From the IMG/VR virus record IMGVR_UViG_3300035208_002115: a stretch of 64,000 nucleotides of DNA. One strand, given 5' to 3'. Positions within the stretch are counted from its first letter, which is position 1; each line of letters begins with the position of its first letter. The notes under the pieces were generated by a model. It did not search any database. It was not told where the DNA came from and saw only the letters and a list, made by a program, of their open reading frames with translations. The translations under genes and the position numbers were made by a program. Below, in pieces: positions 1 to 10,693 of this stretch. The stretch comes from a virus. Taxonomy: Duplodnaviria > Caudoviricetes.

Positions 1-84
1 TTCACCCTCATCAGTATACATATCATTGCCAATCATAATTTTTTTCAATAATATTTCCATAATATTAGTTCTAATTTTAGTCAT
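1..84 (-). CDS. 5' part of a gene running off the left edge (MTKIRTNIMEILL...)
   Basis: ATG at 84 on the minus strand, frame open to position 1, directly downstream of 103..840. Confidence 0.55.
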   Translation of the reverse strand, partial: MTKIRTNIMEILLKKIMIGNDMYTDEGE

Positions 85-102
85 GTTTAATTTTTTTTTA
101 AT

Positions 103-840
103 TTATTTATATTTGTTATATATTCCTTCAACGAATACATTTTTCATTGCATTAATAAAAATTTCCCATGTACCAGCTACTAGGGTATAATTATTTTCTT
201 TCAATCCTTGAACCATAAAGGAATTAGTAGATTCTATATAGTCCATAATACCATCTTTTTTATCACCATAATTAATTCCAAGTCTACCCATATCATTATA
301 TGCAAATACTAATGGTTCTACTGTATTTAATAAATCTTCTGAATCTGTGAAATTTAAATACATTGGTACAACTAATTTAGCATAATACCATCTTTGTTTA
401 CAAGCTTCTATTAAATTACCATGATGCTTATGCCATTGTTCCAAAATAAAAAATTGAGCTTGTTGTTGAGTATAACCTTTTGTTGTCATTAAATATATGA
501 CAGCACTGGTAGCATCTGGATAAGAATAATATTGAATGGCTAAATCTTTTTCTTCATTTGTCAAATTAGACCATCCAATTTCTTCTACTATTTCTTTTAT
601 ACAATTTTTGTAAACTAAATAATCATTAGCTATTACCCCCCCATATAAATTCCAATTCGTAATAGAACTGATATCAACATAATTTGTCGGTATAGTTTGA
701 CCACTATAAATTATTTTAAATGCACTATTCCCACTTAAATCTATATTAGACCAAGAAGTTAAATCAACACCAACAGTTTGTGATATAGTAGACCCACTTA
801 TTATTGCGCTTATTTGATATGCTAAAAGATATTTTTTCAT
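103..840 (-). CDS. hypothetical protein, probably virion-associated
   Basis: 245-aa ORF co-directional with and just downstream of the tail-fibre-like gene. Confidence 0.6.
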   Translation of the reverse strand: MKKYLLAYQISAIISGSTISQTVGVDLTSWSNIDLSGNSAFKIIYSGQTIPTNYVDISSITNWNLYGGVIANDYLVYKNCIKEIVEEIGWSNLTNEEKDLAIQYYSYPDATSAVIYLMTTKGYTQQQAQFFILEQWHKHHGNLIEACKQRWYYAKLVVPMYLNFTDSEDLLNTVEPLVFAYNDMGRLGINYGDKKDGIMDYIESTNSFMVQGLKENNYTLVAGTWEIFINAMKNVFVEGIYNKYK

Positions 841-855
841 TTTAAATAATTTTTT

Positions 856-3800
856 TTAAGAAACTCTAAATATTTCTAAAGAACAATCTCTTATATTTAA
901 TGTACCAGTAGCTTCTTGGGAAAACTCTAATGTTATTGTATGTGTAACAGTTGTACTGAAAGTTATAAACATAGTTCTTGTTGTATAAAGCCAAGTAGTA
1001 GTATCCGATAATTCATGATTATGAACATTACCCAACATTGTACCATCAACTCGAATTCTTGATAATATATCACTGCTAGTGATATTTTTATTCATACCAT
1101 AACTTCCAGTTATTTTATATAATCCAATCGGTAATACACCAGTTGTAATAGTTAATTTAGTTGAATATGTTGGTGTTACTGATGTTGTAGTAGTTTGTGT
1201 TAAATCTTGTGCATAATTAAATTGACTACCATAAATAGTCGGTTGAATTTTAGTATTTATTATTTTTTTATTATTATCGATTGATAATAAAGTATATCCG
1301 CTATATGACGGTGGTACATAAGTACTTGGAGTATTTGATAAATAAATAGCAAATCCACCTGTTTTAGATACAAGAACAAAATCACCACCTATTTTATTAA
1401 CCCAATAATCACCATTAAAATTTGCAATACCAACACCAGTGAAGGTTAAGGCTGGACTTGTTTGGTTAAATGTTTGTGTTGTATTTGGTAATAAATCAAC
1501 ATAATATGATGGTATACCATCATTTGTATTGAAAGAAAATGTATATAATCCATTATTTGTTAAATTCCAGTTTATAGTCCAATAAGCTAAATTTGTTAAA
1601 TCTGGGCCGTCTGTCCCTGTTACTGTGATATAATAATATGTAGTGTTTGTTGTTGGTATAGCGGTTGGTGCTGGTGTATTATAAGTGTATGTACTTTGTA
1701 CTATTCCTGTTATACCACTTAAAAAAGTAGAACCACTTATACCCAGATTATTATATAAATTTGTTGACCCAGTGACTTTTAATGTACCAATTACAGCTTC
1801 ATTTCCTAAAATATTCGAACTATTAGCCGTTAATGAATTACTTATGATTGTAACACCATTTACTGTTAAAGTATTATATAAGTTTGTAGCACCAGTAACT
1901 TTTAATGTACCAGTTACAGTTTCATTACCTGAAACATTTATACTATTAGCTGTTAATGTGTTATTTATTATTGTAGCACCATTTATTGTTAAAGTATTAT
2001 ATAAGTTTGTAGCACCAGTAACTTTTAATGTACCAGTTATAGTTTCATTACCTAAAATACTCGAACTATTAGCTGTTAATGTGTTATTTATAACAGTTGC
2101 ACCGTTTATAGTTAAAGTGGAATTTAAATTTGTTGCCCCAGTAACTTTTAACGTACCAGTTACAGTTTCATTTCCCAATATATTCGAACTATTAGCTGTT
2201 AATGTGTTATTTATTATTGTAGCACCATTTATTGTTAAAGTAGAATTTAAATTTGTTGCCCCAGTGACTTTTAACGTACCAGTTATAGTTTCATTTCCCA
2301 ATAATGTTATACCACTTAGAGTTAAATTTTTTTGCATTATAATGTTACCAGTAGAATCAATTCGCATTTTTTCATCTGCTGCTGTTGTACCATTTGTAAA
2401 AAATTTCAAAATTTTAGTTGGAGTGGAAGTTCCTATTGCTAAATGACCACCATTAGCTATTAAATATGAATCATCACCATCAACAATTGAATAACTTGGG
2501 TCATTATAGGTAGAAGAATTTATACCTAAATCTACATACATATCGGTTTCGCTTCCGTTATCTGCTGTTGCTACAATATCAGAAGAAGCATAATTACCAT
2601 TGCTACTATTATGGATATTTAATTGAATATAGGTATCTGCATCTGCATATGCACTTATTATATTTTTCGATTCAGTATAACTTTGAACAAGAAAACGTTC
2701 AGGATTTAATACATCAAATATAGGATTACCAATGGCTACATTACCACCACCAGTTGCTAAGTATACATTATCAGACGAATATGTATTAATTTCAAATGTA
2801 CCACCAGTGCTATCTAAATATAGAGAATTATTTCCATTATCACCACCAGAAATTATACTTGATGCACCTATTTGTGTGTGTATGATAAGTCTATCTGTTG
2901 TTAAATTAATAGAATTTGTATTAATATTACCTACATGATAAATCGTATTATTACCAACTGCATCTAAGTAGGTTTTGTTTGTATGTGTGTGGGTATTTGT
3001 ATAAGCAGAATCCCAATTAGTTTTATTATAACCACTGATAGATGTTGTACCACTGAAGAAACTATCAATATTTGTTTTTAAATAATAGGATGTAAACCCA
3101 TTATATGATGTTAAATTTGATATATCAGTTGATGTGTGAGTATGTGCTGAATTAGCTTTTAATAACAAATTATCATCAACATATTTCTTATCTATTAAAT
3201 CAGTATTTGATGTAAATGTTGGGTGACTATTGTATTTTTGAATACCAGTTATATTTCTTGTTCCGTCAGTTTTAAGATATTGTAAATGGTCATCTGAATC
3301 TAAACCACTTAATGAACTGTGTTTAGTAATACTCCCCCCACCAGAACCAGTTTGTCCACCAATACGATAATGAAAAGGTAAAGGTCTAATATCATATATA
3401 GAATCTGAAAAAGATGTTGTACCCCCTGAGTAAACTATATAGGCCATGTTTATTGTCGTAGTATCAAATGGTGCTATTTTAGCAGGTAATCCAGCATTAA
3501 TAGCATCTTCTTTAGATTCATAATAAGCCTGTGCTAAATAAAATGATAACTGACCCTGTGCTGTTCTTAATATCAACGATTTTACCCATTTTCCAGAAGG
3601 TATTTTCACCATTGAAAAATTGGCAATACAGGTCAAATCAATTCCACCTGTACCTAAGTACGGAGAATCTAAACTTATTATAGTTTGCGAACCTGTCCAT
3701 GTAATACCAGTGGCTAAGACCTCATTAATATATGACGTTGTATATCCATCTTCATATGCATAAATTTTAAAGAAATCATCTGATGGAAATTGATTTGTTA

Positions 3801-6800
3801 CATTTGAATCACAAGTTACAATTGTACTATATTGGGTAAAAGTAAAAGTACCACCTGTTATTATTACAAAAGAATTTTTTGTGATATCATTATAGACATT
3901 TGTTGGTATACTATAATTGTTCAAATAAACTGCTTTGTTTATATATGAAAAGTCTAACCCAACACCTTGGTCGGGAGTTATATAATTAATCATAGTAGTT
4001 AACCCAGTGACATCACTTTCTGTTGTACCAACTTCTTGGAGATTAACTGTGGTCAGACCCATTTGAATTTTACAAGCAGAACTTACAATAAGTGTTGTAT
4101 CACCACTTAATAATTGAATATTTCCACCATTATCATAAATAAATATTCCCAACCTTTTAAAATATTCCGATGTTCTTGAAAGTGAATTATTTATAACACA
4201 CCCATCTTGTCTAATTGACCCGATTTGAGCTGCCCAATAAAATGAACCTAATCTAATAAAATGAATGTTATCAGTTTCTGTTGTAGATAAATGGATGATA
4301 CCATCGGTGTCAATATAAACATAATATGTACCAATATTATCTGGAATTATATAATCGTTTGTGTCTATTGTATCACCAGACCAACTTATCAATTTGTGAA
4401 ACCCATCATATATAATATATCCACTACCACCAACAATATATAATTCGTTGATGTCGGTTTGAATTAAAACGACTTCTGGTTCTAATCTACCCGAAATTTG
4501 AGTATCTTCAATATAATGTGCAACTTTTTGATTAAAATCATCAACATTTGTGCTACTCCATTCTGGTACATTTATATTTATGTCAATTGCATTTCTATTT
4601 TCAATATCTGCTAATGTTGAACCACTAAAATTTATATCATTCCATGCGATAGTTTCACCAGTATTCATCTTACCATTCAATAATGAATCAATTAATGTTG
4701 ATTGATAATAATTAGTCAATCCAGTATATGATGATAAATCCGAAATTTCATTAGCAGTGTGGGTATGACCTGTTATCGTGTACCCGTTAAGTATATTATT
4801 TATATTTGTTTTTGTATAATAGTATGTATTTATATCAGTTATACTTGATACAACATGACTATGACCAATTAAAGTGTACCCACTTAATAACGATATTGTT
4901 TCACTCTTAGAATAATAATAAGTAGAAATATTATCAATATCACTAACTAAATGAGTATGCCCCGTGTCCGACTTAGAATCCAATGTGGATTGTAAATCAT
5001 TAATATCACTTATTTCATGTGTATGCCCTGTAAGTGAGAACGAATTTGGGTCAATAGTAGTATCAAATCTAAATGATGTGGCATTCCAAATTGCCAGATT
5101 ACCATCTGTTGGTGTATCTTCTCTTGTTGCAACTGGTAATAAATCCCCAATTTGTCCTATTTTAAAAGTTTCACCTGTTTCATCAAATAAAAACCGATAA
5201 TTTGTTGATTGTCCTCTATCTATTTCAATTCCAGCAAATCCTTTAGTTACACCAGTTCCAGTTTCACCACTATTAATATAAATCATATTATCGAATACAT
5301 TTAAATCCTCTGTGTTTATAAATGTAGTAGTACCAGAAACAGTTAAATCACCTGTTATTATTAAATCATTATTGATGATATTATGAGTGTGTCCACTATC
5401 CGATTTTAATGCTAAATTATCATCTGCATATTTTTTTGATATAAGATTTGTATCAGATGTAAATGTTTTATTATTATTATAAGAAATAACATCAGTTATA
5501 TTTCTTGTTCCATCAGTTTTAAGGTATTGTAAATGGTCATCAGCATTTAAACCAGACAAATTACCATGAACTGTCACACCAGCACCACCGCCACCAGATG
5601 TCGTATAAGAAAATGGTAATGGTCTTAAATCTATTAAATTTCCTTGTAGTGTTGTCATATCTGGTGTTACTATAATAGCACAGACTTTAATACTTGATTC
5701 AAGTCCGTGTGTATCAGGTAATGAACCTTTTTCTGCATCATCATATGAATCGAATAATTGTGTGCCATATATCATATTAGCTAATCCAATATTAGCATTA
5801 AAATCTCTTATGACTAAATGTTTTACATATTTACCATTTGGTATATCTACTAATGATTTATTAACAACTGCTATTCCAGTATCACTTGAACCGAGATAAG
5901 TGTTTGATAATGTAATAGTAGTTCCTAAAATAGAATCTACTCTAATCATATTTAAATCCGTGTCACCACTTAAATATACAAAATCCCCAACCTTTACTTC
6001 AGCCGAGAAGTCAATAGATGTTGTAACTGATGTACTACCATTAGTAAAGGTAAATGTACCCCCTGTTAATAATGTGTAATTGGGTAAATTTGGGTTGTTA
6101 TATGATATGTAATTTATTATTCCATTATGATTAAATTGGGAATCAAAATCTCCACCCCAACCACTTGGTGAATAATACCAATTAAAAAATTTAGTTCCAA
6201 CATCTGTTGATAAAATTTCTTGTAAAGTAACACTATCTAATGTAGACTGAACATTTATTTCTGGTAATTTTAATTGCATAGCTGTTGTTCCACTACCACT
6301 GCCAATCGTTGTGGCTAATCCACTATTATCATAAACGAATCCACCAAGACGTGATAAGAAATCATGCACTCTGGTTACAAATGAATCAATTCTTCTCTTA
6401 GATGAATTAACAGTTCCTATACCAGCAGCACCTGAATTTAATACGAAAAAACCCAGATAAATATGAGTGTAATTACTTAATAAATCAGTTGTTAATATTA
6501 TAGTTGAACCAGTTGTAATATAAACGTTCCAAAGATTTGGTTCATATTCTGTTACATCAAAAATAGTATTATCCCATCTTATTTCATCGAAAAAGTTTTC
6601 ATATGCAATATATCCATTACCAGCAAGTACTGTCAATTCTAATGTTCCAGATTTAGATAATAATAATGGATGTGCATAACCTGTGCCTGTTATTAATTCA
6701 ACATTATTAGATAATTTATCTAAAAATCCTTTAACGTTTTGTTGTGTTCCAGTCCAACCTGTATTTACATGTGATATCACATTTTCACCATTTTGGACAA

Positions 6801-8157
6801 ATTGATTAATACCATGCTCAGTTATTAGAGCTGATGCGCTATCACCCGATAACACATTTAAAACAGTATCAATATAATTACTATTATCACTACCAATTAA
6901 TAATGTGTTTGTTAATAATCTATTATTTTCGTAAAACGTTCCATCACCATTAAAAATAGAATAATATGTAAATCCAGAATTACCATCAATTATATAAGTA
7001 GTTGGTAATGTGCTACTGAATGAATTAAAAACGGTGTTTAGTACATTAATATTATCGTTTATCGTTATAGCAGCACCAATAAAGATATTTTCATCATCAA
7101 TATTAGTATTCCATGATATGTTACCTGATAATAATGATATCGATGAATAATCAACAGATTCTTTATTATACACTGTAATAAAATTTAATGTACTTGAATT
7201 AAGACTTACACATTCAAATGATGAATTGTTGATTAATGTGGCAGATGTCGAACCACTATGATAAACATTATAAACAAAATTATTCGGGCTTAATCCATTA
7301 AAATTATATCTAACAATTGAATTTTCAATTTTAATAATAGTTGCTGTATTCGTATTATTGTTATATAAACATCCCATATAATTACTATCATTATAGGTAT
7401 AATTTAGAATAGTAGAACCATTAGTTAATATATTAATATCATTCGAACCATGAACATAAAATGTGAAACTGTTATTATTAACACTTAATATTTCAGAATT
7501 AACTAAATATAAATATGTTTTCCCTTTTATATCTAATGTTCCATCGCTTATGTCTATAACACATTTTATATCATTATCAATATCCCAGAAACTTTCAAAT
7601 ATAACATCTGAAAAAGATACGTTAGTATTTTTATCTAATATACATGTTGGTCTATTAGTTGTGGTGAATTGGATATCTTTTAATTTTACAAATCCAAGTG
7701 TTTCACCACTCATTGTCAAATTACCTATAACTTTAACCACCGATGATGCAATACCTTGTATATAAACATAATTTTTCATGATTATGTCTTCGGTATAAAT
7801 ACCCGAACCAACTGATATAAAATATGGATTTTCACTTGAAGCATCTGTGATTGAATTTATAGCTGATTGTATTGTATCATACGTTGCACCAGATTTAGCA
7901 ACATACAACTCATTCAACACATTATCATAATAATTAGGGATAGCATTACTATATGCATTTGCATAGTCTACAATATTTCCATCGACTACTCTAACTAATG
8001 TATTTCCACTTAAATAATAATCCAGTTCATTTGATAAAATAGCTTTATCAAAGTTTTGTAATTCAATAGTTGACCCAGATGATATTATCAACCCAAAATC
8101 TTTTAGTTCAACGTCTGATGCCGTTATATTTTTTATTAAAAAAACTTCTTTATTCAT
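856..8157 (-). CDS. large tail fibre / virion fibre protein (2433 aa)
   Basis: Rich in T/S/G/N/I. Beta-helix-like start (YDTIQSAINSITDAS...VGSGIYTE), many GHTHxxxDI repeats typical of phage fibres, an internally duplicated module ending DDHLQYLKTDGTRNIT, and 41-aa tandem repeats near the C-terminus. Confidence 0.8.
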   Translation of the reverse strand: MNKEVFLIKNITASDVELKDFGLIISSGSTIELQNFDKAILSNELDYYLSGNTLVRVVDGNIVDYANAYSNAIPNYYDNVLNELYVAKSGATYDTIQSAINSITDASSENPYFISVGSGIYTEDIIMKNYVYIQGIASSVVKVIGNLTMSGETLGFVKLKDIQFTTTNRPTCILDKNTNVSFSDVIFESFWDIDNDIKCVIDISDGTLDIKGKTYLYLVNSEILSVNNNSFTFYVHGSNDINILTNGSTILNYTYNDSNYMGCLYNNNTNTATIIKIENSIVRYNFNGLSPNNFVYNVYHSGSTSATLINNSSFECVSLNSSTLNFITVYNKESVDYSSISLLSGNISWNTNIDDENIFIGAAITINDNINVLNTVFNSFSSTLPTTYIIDGNSGFTYYSIFNGDGTFYENNRLLTNTLLIGSDNSNYIDTVLNVLSGDSASALITEHGINQFVQNGENVISHVNTGWTGTQQNVKGFLDKLSNNVELITGTGYAHPLLLSKSGTLELTVLAGNGYIAYENFFDEIRWDNTIFDVTEYEPNLWNVYITTGSTIILTTDLLSNYTHIYLGFFVLNSGAAGIGTVNSSKRRIDSFVTRVHDFLSRLGGFVYDNSGLATTIGSGSGTTAMQLKLPEINVQSTLDSVTLQEILSTDVGTKFFNWYYSPSGWGGDFDSQFNHNGIINYISYNNPNLPNYTLLTGGTFTFTNGSTSVTTSIDFSAEVKVGDFVYLSGDTDLNMIRVDSILGTTITLSNTYLGSSDTGIAVVNKSLVDIPNGKYVKHLVIRDFNANIGLANMIYGTQLFDSYDDAEKGSLPDTHGLESSIKVCAIIVTPDMTTLQGNLIDLRPLPFSYTTSGGGGAGVTVHGNLSGLNADDHLQYLKTDGTRNITDVISYNNNKTFTSDTNLISKKYADDNLALKSDSGHTHNIINNDLIITGDLTVSGTTTFINTEDLNVFDNMIYINSGETGTGVTKGFAGIEIDRGQSTNYRFLFDETGETFKIGQIGDLLPVATREDTPTDGNLAIWNATSFRFDTTIDPNSFSLTGHTHEISDINDLQSTLDSKSDTGHTHLVSDIDNISTYYYSKSETISLLSGYTLIGHSHVVSSITDINTYYYTKTNINNILNGYTITGHTHTANEISDLSSYTGLTNYYQSTLIDSLLNGKMNTGETIAWNDINFSGSTLADIENRNAIDININVPEWSSTNVDDFNQKVAHYIEDTQISGRLEPEVVLIQTDINELYIVGGSGYIIYDGFHKLISWSGDTIDTNDYIIPDNIGTYYVYIDTDGIIHLSTTETDNIHFIRLGSFYWAAQIGSIRQDGCVINNSLSRTSEYFKRLGIFIYDNGGNIQLLSGDTTLIVSSACKIQMGLTTVNLQEVGTTESDVTGLTTMINYITPDQGVGLDFSYINKAVYLNNYSIPTNVYNDITKNSFVIITGGTFTFTQYSTIVTCDSNVTNQFPSDDFFKIYAYEDGYTTSYINEVLATGITWTGSQTIISLDSPYLGTGGIDLTCIANFSMVKIPSGKWVKSLILRTAQGQLSFYLAQAYYESKEDAINAGLPAKIAPFDTTTINMAYIVYSGGTTSFSDSIYDIRPLPFHYRIGGQTGSGGGSITKHSSLSGLDSDDHLQYLKTDGTRNITGIQKYNSHPTFTSNTDLIDKKYVDDNLLLKANSAHTHTSTDISNLTSYNGFTSYYLKTNIDSFFSGTTSISGYNKTNWDSAYTNTHTHTNKTYLDAVGNNTIYHVGNINTNSINLTTDRLIIHTQIGASSIISGGDNGNNSLYLDSTGGTFEINTYSSDNVYLATGGGNVAIGNPIFDVLNPERFLVQSYTESKNIISAYADADTYIQLNIHNSSNGNYASSDIVATADNGSETDMYVDLGINSSTYNDPSYSIVDGDDSYLIANGGHLAIGTSTPTKILKFFTNGTTAADEKMRIDSTGNIIMQKNLTLSGITLLGNETITGTLKVTGATNLNSTLTINGATIINNTLTANSSNILGNETVTGTLKVTGATNLNSTLTINGATVINNTLTANSSSILGNETITGTLKVTGATNLYNTLTINGATIINNTLTANSINVSGNETVTGTLKVTGATNLYNTLTVNGVTIISNSLTANSSNILGNEAVIGTLKVTGSTNLYNNLGISGSTFLSGITGIVQSTYTYNTPAPTAIPTTNTTYYYITVTGTDGPDLTNLAYWTINWNLTNNGLYTFSFNTNDGIPSYYVDLLPNTTQTFNQTSPALTFTGVGIANFNGDYWVNKIGGDFVLVSKTGGFAIYLSNTPSTYVPPSYSGYTLLSIDNNKKIINTKIQPTIYGSQFNYAQDLTQTTTTSVTPTYSTKLTITTGVLPIGLYKITGSYGMNKNITSSDILSRIRVDGTMLGNVHNHELSDTTTWLYTTRTMFITFSTTVTHTITLEFSQEATGTLNIRDCSLEIFRVS
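1750..2300 (-). repeat. 123-bp (41-aa) tandem repeat, about 4.5 copies, inside the fibre gene
   Basis: gtacc anchor recurs at 1784, 1907, 2030, 2153 and 2276 (exact 123-nt spacing). Unit is approximately GNETVTGTLKVTGATNLNSTLTINGATIINNTLTANSSNIL. Confidence 0.95.
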
Positions 8158-8166
8158 TGTTTAAAT

Positions 8167-8751
8167 TTAATTTCTCCATGCAATCTCTACTAAAGTTGTT
8201 ATATTACTCAATTCTGGACTTGTGTTATTAGCAATTGCGATAACGTTTATAAAATCATTCGTGTTAAAATCTATATTACCATTTGTTACACTTGCTAATT
8301 TATTACCTGATAATATTGTTACAGTTACTTTATTTGTATTACTATCATTAACTCGTACTTCCACATTTCTATTTGCACCCATTATATATGCATTATCCAC
8401 TGTTGCGCTGAGTATTGTTCCGTTTCTTGACATTAAAATACCAGTTGTACTTGAATGGACAGCATCTGCCACACCTAAATAAGCTGATGTATTTTGATTA
8501 ATATAACTTCTCCCAAGAGATAGACTTGTGGTTTTGACCGACAACCACTTACTTCTAACAGAATCGTATTGATATACAATATTATCTGTTAAATAATAAA
8601 ACAAATCACCATTTACAGGGGTTGCTGGAAAAGTTAAACCTTTTTCAATTTGTGGATATTTGTATAAAAAACCACCAGAACCATCTGATATAATTGTTTT
8701 CCCACTTAGTTCGCTACCAGAAGTTATTTGTTTTACTTTAACTCTATACAT
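8167..8751 (-). CDS. putative virion structural / fibre-associated protein
   Basis: 194 aa, FPATPVNGDLFY..W motif common in tail proteins, first gene of the operon containing the fibre. Confidence 0.6.
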   Translation of the reverse strand: MYRVKVKQITSGSELSGKTIISDGSGGFLYKYPQIEKGLTFPATPVNGDLFYYLTDNIVYQYDSVRSKWLSVKTTSLSLGRSYINQNTSAYLGVADAVHSSTTGILMSRNGTILSATVDNAYIMGANRNVEVRVNDSNTNKVTVTILSGNKLASVTNGNIDFNTNDFINVIAIANNTSPELSNITTLVEIAWRN

Positions 8752-8772
8752 CTATTTACATTATACTTTTTT

Positions 8773-8785
8773 TTATATATTAAAA
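8773..8785 (-). promoter_or_regulatory. putative late promoter (TTTTAATATATAA)
   Basis: Same WATATATA motif lies about 15-45 nt upstream of nine virion or leader-bearing genes (see findings). Confidence 0.55.
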
Positions 8786-8822
8786 TCTTAAAAAAAAATA
8801 CTACTAATAAAAAGTATAGGTT

Positions 8823-10166
8823 TTAAATGAATTTTTGACTTTTAACCTTTTCTGGTGGTAATTCACCAACCTCTTTCTTTTTATCTTTCTTAGATGTATC
8901 TTGGGATTCCTTATCTTTTAATTCTTTATCATCTAAATAAATTCGGCCAGTTGTATCTACTATATTTTTAGTATCAAAGAAATCACTAAAATTTAATAAA
9001 TTATTTTGTTGAGAAAGATATTCTTTGTTAGCTTGTAATAATATGTCCAAAATTTTATCAATCTTATCCACAAGATTATTAAAAGCTATCAAACTTTCTT
9101 CCGAGAATATACCGATTGCTTTTTTCTTCTTTTTATTGAAAGAATTTAATATTATTTTGAAAACATACTCAATCTTAGGATGAGATTTTATATTCTTCAG
9201 TGTGGTCTTATTATTTAAAAGATTATAATTTATTTTGAACTTATCTTCTCTAAAAAATGATGGAATCACAAAGTCCCATGCAATAATATCTTCCTTCATG
9301 TTTTCAATATAGTCATTAAATAATAATGATATAAAATCCACATATAACTTATCTTTTGTGATATTTGATGGATTATATTTTCGAATATCTTTTAATTGAC
9401 AGAATTCTAAAAAATTAGTCAGTATTAAAGTATAAATTTGTAAATGTTCAGTTGTATTGTCTTTAACAATTTTTTGATAAAGAGGATTTAAAATTTCAAA
9501 GGTGTAATTAGTGTCACCTTCAATTTTCATGATAATCTTTTCAAGATTTTCATTATAATTTCCATTCTTCATAAGAAATGAAGCTCTGGTGAGAGGATTT
9601 AAAATTTTATAAAAGAACTGGGCGAAATTAGTTTCACCGAATACAAACTTCAAATCTTCTTCCGATGTGGAAAGAAAAAGAGATATAACTTCTATTTGTT
9701 TCGGACTTAACGTACCTTTAAATAGAATAGGTAGTGGCTCAACATCAAATAATTTAGCGTATTCGAATATTTCATCTATATTATAAAAATATCTTGACCC
9801 CTTAACTATACAAGTTAATATCATATTATTTTTTGGTAATCTGTTGTATGTTATATGAGCTGGTTGTTTATCGGGAAAATATTCAAAACAGAACCACCAG
9901 CTTGGACTTAGTAGATTAGTAACATAGTCTGGGAGTGAGTGTAAATACAGATATGCAAAATTATAATACTTCTGTACAGCCAAATCCACAAAGTTTAAAT
10001 CTTCATTTTTAATGGACTTGGGTCGTATATTAAATTTTTCACCATTCCAGTTGACGTATATTCTACTACCTTGGACATCCTCGTAAACTATTAAGTTTTT
10101 ATTGCTAATTTTTTTAAGAAAATGATTCCTTTCCGATTCCTCGTTTAATCTTATTAACTTTGTCAT
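8823..10166 (-). CDS. RNA-ligase (Rnl2)-like fold protein lacking the motif I lysine
   Basis: YEDVQGS where EKxDGS is expected, then FEY, PILFKG and EKIIMK in the order of nucleotidyltransferase motifs. Leader MTKLIRLNEES. Confidence 0.4.
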   Translation of the reverse strand: MTKLIRLNEESERNHFLKKISNKNLIVYEDVQGSRIYVNWNGEKFNIRPKSIKNEDLNFVDLAVQKYYNFAYLYLHSLPDYVTNLLSPSWWFCFEYFPDKQPAHITYNRLPKNNMILTCIVKGSRYFYNIDEIFEYAKLFDVEPLPILFKGTLSPKQIEVISLFLSTSEEDLKFVFGETNFAQFFYKILNPLTRASFLMKNGNYNENLEKIIMKIEGDTNYTFEILNPLYQKIVKDNTTEHLQIYTLILTNFLEFCQLKDIRKYNPSNITKDKLYVDFISLLFNDYIENMKEDIIAWDFVIPSFFREDKFKINYNLLNNKTTLKNIKSHPKIEYVFKIILNSFNKKKKKAIGIFSEESLIAFNNLVDKIDKILDILLQANKEYLSQQNNLLNFSDFFDTKNIVDTTGRIYLDDKELKDKESQDTSKKDKKKEVGELPPEKVKSQKFI

Positions 10167-10246
10167 AATTAAATATTTTTGTTTTTATATTTACTTTATA
10201 TATTTAATTATTAAAGGCTCAATTTTTTTATTTAATTTTTTTAATA

Positions 10247-10254
10247 TATTTTTG
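10247..10254 (+). promoter_or_regulatory. Bacteroidota-type -7 promoter element TAnnTTTG
   Basis: TATTTTTG about 29 nt upstream of the ATG at 10283, first gene of the plus-strand cluster. Confidence 0.6.
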
Positions 10255-10282
10255 ACTGTTATAATGTGGAAATTTATAGATT

Positions 10283-10693
10283 ATGATTAACAGAATCATA
10301 TTACACACTAAAGAATTTGGTAAAATTGAAGTACCTGATGGTAATTGGGCTAATATATCATTAAATGGTATAACGTTACATTCTACTAATGAACCAGCCG
10401 TTCAAGAATATTATGATAAACATGTGAGGTGTCTTTGGTATTATAATGGTAAACATCATTCTTGGTTATCACCAGCTATTTATACAGCTCATGATGATTT
10501 AGTATTGTTAGAAAGTCAACAGTTTGATGTCTATACAGATTATACTTCATATTTCTTGAATAATCAACATAAGTATACGACTGTTTATTATATGATACAT
10601 GGCGTAAATATATCATATAATGAATGGTTTAAAAAAAGAATGTGTGATTGGAGAAAAGAAAAAATAGAATCCTTTCTAAATGAAGACTATTAA
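10283..10693 (+). CDS. hypothetical protein with C-terminal RxxKI tail
   Basis: Ends RKEKIESFLNEDY. Confidence 0.65.
   Translation: MINRIILHTKEFGKIEVPDGNWANISLNGITLHSTNEPAVQEYYDKHVRCLWYYNGKHHSWLSPAIYTAHDDLVLLESQQFDVYTDYTSYFLNNQHKYTTVYYMIHGVNISYNEWFKKRMCDWRKEKIESFLNEDY

Noticed and set aside
1750-2300. Regularly spaced repeats as a CRISPR array
   Set aside because: They are contiguous in-frame 123-bp coding repeats with no unique spacers, and no cas genes were seen.
1685-2446. 253-aa plus-strand ORF with repeats (also 2732, 4964, 7463 and 8222)
   Set aside because: These are antisense shadows of the fibre operon. The repeat phase and codon pattern belong to the minus-strand gene.
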